DNA of 41,186 bases, taken from IMG/VR virus record IMGVR_UViG_3300024921_000002, positions 1 to 41,186 of that record. One strand, 5' to 3'. Both the position numbers and the translations under genes were made by a program. Of the stretch, positions 13,065 to 20,230 are shown piece by piece; position 1 is the first letter of the stretch, and each line of letters opens with the position of its first letter. This stretch comes from a virus. The notes beneath the pieces were generated by a model. That model was not told where the DNA came from and searched no databases. It saw only the letters and a program-made list of their open reading frames with translations.

Positions 13065-13700
13065 TTAGTTGGTGATGTTGATAAATTTTGCCCAGGATTC
13101 CTCACATAGTATTGTCACGGGGCTGCCTTGCTCTTGGTAAAGTAAGGCTTTTTCTATTTTTCTGCCGTGGCTGGTGGCTATCCAGTCGCGGCTGGCGAGT
13201 GCGCCGATGACTAGATAATCAAGCTTTTTAGTGACGGATTTGGCCGGTATGCCGCCCAGCTCGGTGATGATTTGTTCGCATTTATCACGGGTTCCGGTGA
13301 TAAATGCGCCGGTTAAGCAAAATGTTGAGCCATTAACAATGAGTTCGTCAGGCTCTTGGTTGCCGAAGCTGGTGCTAAAGCCGCCCGCTGCACCGGTCTC
13401 TTGAAAAGTTCCACCTATAAGTTTAGATAAGGTTTGGTAGAAGTCTTCCCGCTCTTCCTGGGTGATGATGTTGTCGGCCAAGATGTCGTCAATACGTTGT
13501 TTAACAACGTTGAGCGGGAATGATCGAGTATAGGCCTCGTTGTCTTTTAGCCATAGATTGAGGAAGTGAATTTCGTTGTCATTGATAACCTGGTCTGCGG
13601 TAATGCCCATAATGAGGCCATACAGGGTATTGATAGCCTTGATCTCGTTGCTTGCGGCGTGGAAGCCGGGCGGTAGTTGGTTGTTATGGTAACGGTTCAT
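13065..13700 (-). CDS. TerB-like N-terminal domain + C-terminal BRCT domain protein (cassette gene B)
   Basis: Start reset to the ATG at 13700, which forms an ATGA overlap with the upstream stop. The C-terminus GSTFCLTGAFITGTRDKCEQIITELGGIPAKSVTKKLDYLVIGALAS...KIEKA is collinear with the LigA BRCT domain. The N-terminus GITADQVINDNEIHFLNLWL...ITQEEREDF is TerB-like. Confidence 0.6.
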   Translation of the reverse strand: MNRYHNNQLPPGFHAASNEIKAINTLYGLIMGITADQVINDNEIHFLNLWLKDNEAYTRSFPLNVVKQRIDDILADNIITQEEREDFYQTLSKLIGGTFQETGAAGGFSTSFGNQEPDELIVNGSTFCLTGAFITGTRDKCEQIITELGGIPAKSVTKKLDYLVIGALASRDWIATSHGRKIEKALLYQEQGSPVTILCEESWAKFINITN

Positions 13701-14401
13701 TCTATTTGCTCGTCTTTGGTGCTGCTGATTGTTAGCCATGTCCCCATGGTTTCAGTCTGGGTCAGTGTGTATTTAATGCCGTTACGAATGGCGGTTCCAC
13801 CAAGCTGTCCTCTTTTAGAACCAAAGCCGAGTGAGTTTATTACACTCCCTCTATCGGCCTTTGATAGCTTGGGATTCGTTGCAATCACAGCGGAAAGTAT
13901 GCCTTCGAGCACGTTAGCTCCCGACTTCAGAGTTCCGTCTCCCGTTCCTATAAATATGATGTCAGTTACATCGCCGGAAATCTTATTTGCCGTAATTATC
14001 AGTGCGAGGTTATTGGATAGTGCTGCATTCGTTATTTGTTCTTCGCCGTTATCGCTATCATTAACCGTTAGGTTATTTGGATTGATGGTTAGGTTCATTT
14101 CCTTAGCGGCATTTTTATAAGCACTTATAAATTCGGTAGTGGTAAAGCCCATGCCGAGATTTTCTTTCTTAATCGGTTTAGCCGTCTCGGATTTTGGTTG
14201 GGTGGGGCTTCCATCGGTGGTTACGGTATTGTTATCTTTAATGATTCCGACAAGGGAACCTACTGCCGCAATTAATATGAAAACGACTAAACAGCCTGTC
14301 CATGCCTTAACTCCTGGATTTGCCGCGCCGCAATTCGGACAGGTTTTTGCACTTCTATCAACTTGGTGTTTGCAGGATTTGCATTCAACCAGACTACTCA
14401 T
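13697..14401 (-). CDS. Zinc-ribbon / single-TM / extracytoplasmic-domain protein (cassette gene A)
   Basis: MSSLVECKSCKHQVDRSAKTCPNCGAANPG is a CxxC..CxxC ribbon, followed by the TM segment WTGCLVVFILIAAVGSLVGII and then a domain of about 170 aa with no recognisable motif. AAGGGAG is the SD. Confidence 0.65.
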   Translation of the reverse strand: MSSLVECKSCKHQVDRSAKTCPNCGAANPGVKAWTGCLVVFILIAAVGSLVGIIKDNNTVTTDGSPTQPKSETAKPIKKENLGMGFTTTEFISAYKNAAKEMNLTINPNNLTVNDSDNGEEQITNAALSNNLALIITANKISGDVTDIIFIGTGDGTLKSGANVLEGILSAVIATNPKLSKADRGSVINSLGFGSKRGQLGGTAIRNGIKYTLTQTETMGTWLTISSTKDEQIE

Positions 14402-14502
14402 ATCTTTATGCTCCCTTTTTTTATGGTTTGTATATAGGCAATTGCTTACGCCGTAGCTGATGCGACAAAAGCAAAGCAGCTACGGTTTATTTATCGTAAT
14501 AG

Positions 14503-14898
14503 TTATGTAGATCCGTTAACGACTTTATTTATATATTCCTCACCTTGATAGTGAGCGCGTGTCTCAGAGACAACCATTGTCGCGTGTTTGCCGCTATTGT
14601 CGCTGTGTAAATAATTTTCTACCAGTTTTTCGATGCGATTGCTGAGCAATTCTTCAATTGGTTGGTTAGGGATCATCAAGTGAAATGCTTGCAAGCCAAA
14701 GTGCTCGGCTAGTTTATCGATGGTATCTGAGCGGATACTTTCCACATTTTCTTCATCAAATAAATAGCTGACGGTGCGTTGTGATAATCCAACCAGTTTT
14801 CCGAACTCAGCTTGGCTCATTTTGCGGCCGGTTTCCCTGGCTCTATGGTCTAGTAAAGTTTTGACGTTCCCTGCAACTATTTTCTTAGTATTAATCAT
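14503..14898 (-). CDS. CI-like repressor (XRE-family HTH, no S24 peptidase domain)
   Basis: Trimmed to MINTKKIVAGNVKTLLDHR...MSQAEFGKLVGLSQRTVSYLF (131 aa). It is divergent from a Cro-like gene across a tripartite operator. Confidence 0.8.
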   Translation of the reverse strand: MINTKKIVAGNVKTLLDHRARETGRKMSQAEFGKLVGLSQRTVSYLFDEENVESIRSDTIDKLAEHFGLQAFHLMIPNQPIEELLSNRIEKLVENYLHSDNSGKHATMVVSETRAHYQGEEYINKVVNGST

Positions 14899-14921
14899 GT
14901 GTTCAATGATAAATCCACGGC

Positions 14922-14983
14922 CTAGCAATGGTTTATTTTTAATTAAGCAATTCTTTGCTTGTTTAACTAGCAATAAATTGCTA
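14922..14983. promoter_or_regulatory. OR-type tripartite operator / divergent promoter region
   Basis: TAGCAATGGTTTATTT (14922-14937, imperfect), AAGCAATTCTTTGCTT (14945-14960) and TAGCAATAAATTGCTA (14968-14983). Start-to-start spacing is 23 bp, and the half-site is the same AGCAAT seen at OL. Confidence 0.7.
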
Positions 14984-14994
14984 AATTGTTGCGT

Positions 14995-15189
14995 ATGAAA
15001 ATTATGAAGCATGTCGAAAGCCTCCAAGAGCAGGTGGCAAAGCACGGGGATTATAGGGGCCTTTCTAGCAAGGCTGGGGTTAGCTTTCATTGGCTTTCCA
15101 AGTTTGCCGCTGGGCATATGCCAAATCCGACGATCAAGAACATCGCTAAGGTGGAGTCGTTTTTTAATCATGAGATTGGCTCGAAGTAG
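14995..15189 (+). CDS. Cro-like HTH regulator
   Basis: MKIMKHVESLQEQVAKHGDYRGLSSKAGVSFHWLSKFAAGHMPNP. Divergent from the repressor. The start is ambiguous (14995 or 15004) and may be near-leaderless. Confidence 0.65.
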   Translation: MKIMKHVESLQEQVAKHGDYRGLSSKAGVSFHWLSKFAAGHMPNPTIKNIAKVESFFNHEIGSK

Positions 15190-15658
15190 TGGGGTATTTT
15201 GGTGTGAAGTCTGATTTGTTTGAGTTGCAGTCCTATAGGTTGGGCATGTTGTTTGAAGAGCAAAGATAATTTTAACCCCCACAGTCCTGTCTAGTAATAG
15301 GGCTGATTACCTAGGTAGGTTTACCTATGATTCCAGATAGTTATCAACCGGCAGATTGGCGTAATACGACGAGCGCGGACGCGGACAACCAGCAAATTGG
15401 TGTCGGCTTTAATTTGTTAGACGGCAGCATTATGAGGCTGGCTTTGTCATTTGATGGTGAAAATGTATGACCGCCTACTAAGTCGTCAAGGGCATGTTGC
15501 GGCATGTGATCTACCAAGGCTGTCGTCTTGATAGATCACATGCCATCGGTTGCCTTTTTGTTTGATAAAGAATGTTCCTGCTTGGGTTTTGTGAAGGTAG
15601 GTCATGGCGGATCTGATGTGGTTGGTTAAATTTTTAAGCATAGCAGTAAAGGGTATTT

Positions 15659-16054
15659 ATGACTATTAAGGCGAAAATGGTTAATCAAGGGCGATTTACG
15701 AAGCGCGAGGCCGAGGTGGCAACGCTGATGGCTGAGGGTCATGCGGATAAGGTTATCGCGCGTTTACTGGCGGTCAGTATTCGCACGGTTAATGCGCATG
15801 TCGGCAATATCTATGAGAAGTTGGCGTTGCATTCTGAATCTATTGGAGTTAGTACGGCGGCCATTAATAGCCGGTGTTATGCGGTGGCGGTGATGATTGC
15901 GCGGGGCATGATCAGTGTGTCGATTAAGTCGATTGTGATGGTGCTGATTTTTAACGCGACGCTGGTTGATGATGACAGTGCGGTGCGGGTGCGTAACGGC
16001 CGGGGTAGGGCGCATGCGCATGTGTCTCGGATGCGCAGGGTTGGCGATGCTTAA
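15659..16054 (+). CDS. LuxR/GerE-family HTH transcriptional regulator
   Basis: FTKREAEVATLMAEGHADKVIARLLAVSIRTVNAHVGNIYEKL is a canonical GerE-type HTH. AAGGG is the SD. Confidence 0.75.
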   Translation: MTIKAKMVNQGRFTKREAEVATLMAEGHADKVIARLLAVSIRTVNAHVGNIYEKLALHSESIGVSTAAINSRCYAVAVMIARGMISVSIKSIVMVLIFNATLVDDDSAVRVRNGRGRAHAHVSRMRRVGDA

Positions 16055-16208
16055 GATTGGCCGAGGTCTGTTTTGGCTTTTGGTTGGGCTGCTGGTTTTG
16101 TTGGCATTTGTTGTTGCTAATGTGTTGATGACGGTTGTTGATGGTTTATGGGCATGGGTTGCGCTCGCGATTTGTCGTAAGTTCGATGCTCAGTTTGGGG
16201 ATTGGTGA
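16047..16208 (+). CDS. Small hydrophobic protein (53 aa)
   Basis: MLKIGRGLFWLLVGLLVLLAFVVANVLMTVVDGLWAWVALAI has two predicted TM segments. Its start overlaps the end of the LuxR-type gene. Confidence 0.35.
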   Translation: MLKIGRGLFWLLVGLLVLLAFVVANVLMTVVDGLWAWVALAICRKFDAQFGDW

Positions 16209-16576
16209 TGGTTGGTTTACACAATGCTCATGTGATTCTTTACAAAGGTCTTTTATGTCCTTGGGCGGAATTGCAAGGACGGCCGTTGGCCCAATTGGTT
16301 TATTACACAGAGTACATGCAGGAGGCTGATCCGGAATGGAAGCCGATGCATTTAAGGAATATAGAAATTATGACGGGTATGGATATGGTCTTAGGTGATT
16401 ATAGGGTCGAGTATTACACGGCCGACAAGCGGCTGATTGTTACTGAGCCTGCAATGTCGTTAGGTGCTGCCAAGCAGATGGCTGATGTTAATCGTAATCA
16501 CCCCGATATTGCCGCAGCTAATTATGCGGTGATGCGTTGCGTTTTGAACTCACTGGATGAGCAGGACGCCCCATGA
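16208..16576 (+). CDS. Hypothetical protein
   Basis: The ATG overlaps the upstream TGA (TGATG). 122 aa, no motif recognised. Confidence 0.45.
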   Translation: MVGLHNAHVILYKGLLCPWAELQGRPLAQLVYYTEYMQEADPEWKPMHLRNIEIMTGMDMVLGDYRVEYYTADKRLIVTEPAMSLGAAKQMADVNRNHPDIAAANYAVMRCVLNSLDEQDAP

Positions 16577-16749
16577 TCTATCCCCGCTCCCCTTTATTAA
16601 TTAAAGCGTTTTTAAATCTAATTTTATTGCTTGTTAAGTTAGCGATTGAATGTCTGATGCCAGATAAAAGGTACTTCCCAGCATCCCCCCTTGCGGGTAC
16701 GAAGGGGCTCGATTTGTTTGTAGGTAGTGGCGTTGTGAGTTACTAAACA

Positions 16750-19161
16750 ATGTCTTCGAATTATGATGATGTAAAATTACAGCTGGTTGGGTTTGGCCTT
16801 CAGGTCGATCGACTGACAACTGGGCGCATGATCCGCTGCCGGGTTGAAGGTGACCGAGAGAAACGCGGCTGGTATATCCTGCATGAAATCACCCTGACCG
16901 GCGGCGACATCGTCTTTGTCGGCTCGTATGGTATCTGGCAGGGCGCGGACAACAATGCGCAAAAAATAGAGATCACCCGAACCGACCTCAGCGCCGAGCA
17001 AAAAGCCGCCATCAAGCAGCGCATTGCCGACGACAAAAAGCGCGTGGACGCGGAGCAAAAACGCAAAGCGGAACAATCAGCTGCCAAAGCCAGTGCCGCC
17101 TGGCGCAACCTTGAAATAGACGGCGATTGCGACTACCTGCACCGCAAAGGCGTCATTGCCCATGGCGTAAGATTTACCGAAAAAGGCGCATTGGCCGTGC
17201 CGATGCTGGACACCCAAGGTCGCATCCACGGACTGCAATTCATCCTGGATAAAGAAAAACAAAAAGACCTGATCAAAAAGCACAACGGCCGCGATAAACA
17301 ATACTGGCCAGCGGGCGCCGTAAAGAAAGCCCATTTCCACCTGATCGACAGTCCAACCACACTCATACTGGTTGCTGAAGGCTATGCCACCGGCGCTACC
17401 GCTTACGAAGCCACCGGCTTTCCGGTAGCAATTGCCTTCGATGCCGGCAACCTTCAATCTGTCGCCCAGGCGCTAAAAAAATACTACCGCGAAGCGCAAA
17501 TCCTAATCTTAGCCGACGATGATGCATTCGCTCGCTGCCAGCATTGCCAGCAACCGGTACAAGTTAACCTATCCGCAACTTGCCCGCACTGCAACGAACC
17601 GCACGGCAAGAAAAACGCGGGAAAAGAATACGCAGAACTGGCCGCGCTGGCCGTCAATGGCCGCGTCGTATCGCCAAAATTTGCCGATCCGGAAGCCCGG
17701 TTCGACCACTACTGCCGCAACCAAGGCAAACTGACCGACTTCAACGACCTGCACCTGATCGATGGCCTACACACGGTAAGGATTCAGATCGAGGAAGCCA
17801 TCAAGCAAGCAGGATTCACCGTCACCGCCAAAGCGCGGGAAGCGCAACCACAGGGGGGTGGGGAAGCTACAAAAGCCGCACTAAAACCCATCGACTGCTA
17901 CGACCACGCCCTGGGTCGATTCAGCCTCGTCTATGCTATGGGTGGTATGCTCTTCGATGCCCAAGAGCACATGCGCATCGCGCTCAACGACTTCAAGCAA
18001 GCCTGCGTCCACTCCGACATCCCCAAGCGCTGGCAAGAAAGCAAACAGCGGCGGATCGTCAGGCCCGACGAAGTCGGATTTGACCCGACCGAAAAAGACA
18101 AGAACATCACCTGCAACGTCTGGGACGGCTTCCCGACCACGCCGATTGAAGGTAACTGCGAGCGCCTGCTAGACCTGCTCATGTACATGTGCGCCGAAGA
18201 AAAAAACAGCGAGGCTGTTTACAACTGGGTACTGCGCTGGCTGGCGTACCCGCTGCAACATCCCGGCGCAAAGATGAAAACCACCATCGTCATCCACGGC
18301 CCGCAAGGCACCGGCAAGAACCTATTCTTCGACGTCATTCTCGGCATCTACGGCAAATATGGCCGCATCATTGACCAGTCGGCTATCGAAGATAAATTCA
18401 ACGATTGCTTCGGCGGTAAACTGTTCATGCTCGCTGATGAAGTCGTGGCACGATCCGACCTTTACCACATCAAGAACAAGCTCAAAGGCCTGATTACCGG
18501 CGACCGAATCCGCATAAACCCGAAAAACATGGCGGCCTATGAAGAGGCCAACCACGTCAACCTCGTTTTCCTGTCGAACGAGCGAATGCCGGTCGTCCTC
18601 GACCAAGATGACCGGCGGCACCAGGTTATATGGACGCCAGCAAAACTAGGACCCGATTTTTATAACGAAATAGCGCTGGAAATCGACAACGGCGGCGCGG
18701 AAGCCCTGCATTATTACCTGGTCAACCTACCGCTGGGCGACTTCAACCCGCATACCAAACCGCTGATGACTACCGCCAAACAAGACCTGCAAGACCTCAG
18801 CAAAGACAGCATCATCCGTTTTTACGACGAGTGGAATACCAATGAAATCAGCGGCGTGCCACCCATTCCGGCGCTGTCGGAAGACATCTACACCCTATAC
18901 ACCCACTGGTGTAGACGGGAAGGCGTCAGAGCCGCACCCAAAAACAAAGCCATTGACGCCATAGCCAAGCGCCCTGGCGTAAAAAAAGAACGAAAGCGCT
19001 ACCTAAACGGAGTGGCCATGGTCGAAAACCCGAAAACCATCATCACCCCCGCCAACGCCGAAGAAATGTCACCCGGTAATTCAGAAGCCGGTTGGCTTGG
19101 TTTTAACATCAATAATTTCAAGGATTCAGTCGATGCGTACAAAGAAGATAGCCGCGCTTAA
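16750..19161 (+). CDS. Bifunctional primase/helicase (TOPRIM primase + P4-alpha/D5-type SF3 NTPase)
   Basis: TOPRIM region: LILVAEGYATGATAYEATGFPVAIAFDAGNL...ILILADDD. Walker A is IVIHGPQGTGKN and Walker B is LFMLADEV. A CxxC-N14-CxxC ribbon lies after the DDD motif. Confidence 0.85.
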   Translation: MSSNYDDVKLQLVGFGLQVDRLTTGRMIRCRVEGDREKRGWYILHEITLTGGDIVFVGSYGIWQGADNNAQKIEITRTDLSAEQKAAIKQRIADDKKRVDAEQKRKAEQSAAKASAAWRNLEIDGDCDYLHRKGVIAHGVRFTEKGALAVPMLDTQGRIHGLQFILDKEKQKDLIKKHNGRDKQYWPAGAVKKAHFHLIDSPTTLILVAEGYATGATAYEATGFPVAIAFDAGNLQSVAQALKKYYREAQILILADDDAFARCQHCQQPVQVNLSATCPHCNEPHGKKNAGKEYAELAALAVNGRVVSPKFADPEARFDHYCRNQGKLTDFNDLHLIDGLHTVRIQIEEAIKQAGFTVTAKAREAQPQGGGEATKAALKPIDCYDHALGRFSLVYAMGGMLFDAQEHMRIALNDFKQACVHSDIPKRWQESKQRRIVRPDEVGFDPTEKDKNITCNVWDGFPTTPIEGNCERLLDLLMYMCAEEKNSEAVYNWVLRWLAYPLQHPGAKMKTTIVIHGPQGTGKNLFFDVILGIYGKYGRIIDQSAIEDKFNDCFGGKLFMLADEVVARSDLYHIKNKLKGLITGDRIRINPKNMAAYEEANHVNLVFLSNERMPVVLDQDDRRHQVIWTPAKLGPDFYNEIALEIDNGGAEALHYYLVNLPLGDFNPHTKPLMTTAKQDLQDLSKDSIIRFYDEWNTNEISGVPPIPALSEDIYTLYTHWCRREGVRAAPKNKAIDAIAKRPGVKKERKRYLNGVAMVENPKTIITPANAEEMSPGNSEAGWLGFNINNFKDSVDAYKEDSRA

Positions 19162-19164
19162 TAT

Positions 19165-19413
19165 TGTGCAGGGTGTGCAGGCAGTTGTGCAGGGTATTGT
19201 GCAGAGTCAAAGCCGCGCCGCGCGTGGCCTGTGCAGGGTGTGCAGTACTTCCCTTTACGTGACGCGCGAGAAACAAACCGCCACCACCGCCAAAAATAAA
19301 ACCGCCCTCGCGTATATGGGTTCCCTGCACACCCTGCACACCCTGCACAGACCACGAACGCAGACGCCTCGCGTTTTTTCGTGCCCTGCACTCGCGCCTG
19401 CACACCCTGCACA
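19165..19413. repeat. Iteron field: 6 direct TGTGCAGGG-type 9-mers facing 6 inverted copies (candidate replication origin; alternative cosB-type terminase site)
   Basis: Forward copies start at 19165, 19174, 19186, 19198, 19230 and 19239. Inverted CCCTGCACA-type copies start at 19323, 19332, 19341, 19384, 19397 and 19405. An A-rich centre (ccaaaaataaaacc) lies between the clusters. Confidence 0.7.
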
Positions 19414-19433
19414 ACCTTTATTTTATTAAAAAA

Positions 19434-19691
19434 ATGAAAAAGATAGTTTGTGGACCAGAGAACGTAAAAGCCTTTAACGGGCAAATGAAAGAGCTGGTGC
19501 CTGAATTTCACGCGCTGGCTAAGCAGCTCCACGCCGCTGGCTTAATTAACGGCCTACGCGGCGCTACGCTCGAATTACCCCCGTTTACTGAACAAACAGC
19601 AACAGAGCAGCCGAAAGAATCACGATATTGCAAAGAATGCGGACACTGGCATATCCCGCTGCAATGCACTAAGCAAGAGGCGACAGCATGA
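19434..19691 (+). CDS. Hypothetical protein
   Basis: 85 aa. Its stop overlaps the terS start (ATGA). C-terminal CKECGHWH..C. Confidence 0.5.
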   Translation: MKKIVCGPENVKAFNGQMKELVPEFHALAKQLHAAGLINGLRGATLELPPFTEQTATEQPKESRYCKECGHWHIPLQCTKQEATA

Positions 19692-20230
19692 CTTTTATGA
19701 GCCAAACCGCCTTTGCCGACCACATCGGCGCTAACCGCAGCTACGTCACCCAGCTTAAAAACGCTGACCGCTTAGTCATGGAAGATGGAAAAGTAAACGT
19801 CGAAGCCTCCATCCAGCGTATAGCCGAAACCAAAGACCCATCCAAAGAAGGTGTGACCAAGCGGCATGAGCAGGAGCGTGAGCGTAAAGAACAGGATGCA
19901 GGAAAAGAGAGTTCTGCGGTTAGTGGCTCAGGCAGTCGCTATCAATCAGCCAAAGCCAGACGAGAAGAAGCTAACGCCGAATTAACTGAAATCGATCTGA
20001 AAACGCGTCGCGGTCAATTGCTGGTAGCCGACGAAGCCAAAGCCTGCGTAGCCGATGGCGACACCATCATCCGCAACCGGCTCGAATCCCTGCCCGACAT
20101 CCTAGCGCCGCAACTGGCCGCAGAAACCGACGAACAGAAAATCCGCTCCATGTTGATGGATCACATTGAATCCCTGCTCGGCGACTTGTCGCGCAGTTTT
20201 TTACACCTTAGCAAAGTAGAGAAAACATGA
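19688..20230 (+). CDS. terS: Terminase small subunit, Nu1-like
   Basis: An N-terminal HTH (SQTAFADHIGANRSYVTQLKN), a charged linker and a C-terminal segment (AELTEIDLKTRRGQLLVADEAK...LESLPDILAPQL) are collinear with lambda Nu1. It lies upstream of a GpA-type TerL. Confidence 0.65.
   Translation: MTFMSQTAFADHIGANRSYVTQLKNADRLVMEDGKVNVEASIQRIAETKDPSKEGVTKRHEQERERKEQDAGKESSAVSGSGSRYQSAKARREEANAELTEIDLKTRRGQLLVADEAKACVADGDTIIRNRLESLPDILAPQLAAETDEQKIRSMLMDHIESLLGDLSRSFLHLSKVEKT

Noticed and set aside
14503-15282. The full 259-aa version of the repressor ORF.
   Set aside because: The N-terminal 128 codons would read through the tripartite operator and the whole Cro-like gene on the opposite strand. 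The HTH domain begins right after the internal ATG at 14898.
19165-19413. The repeat field as a CRISPR array.
   Set aside because: The repeats are only 9 nt long. They are partly contiguous with no spacers, they occur in both orientations, and there are no cas genes. This is iteron-type organisation.
19097-19532. Track ORFs 19097..19429 (+), 19118..19414 (-) and 19158..19532 (-) as coding genes.
   Set aside because: Their translations are dominated by periodic repeats (VQGVQ..., HTLHTLH...), which simply spell out the DNA iterons. They have no RBS and they overlap each other.
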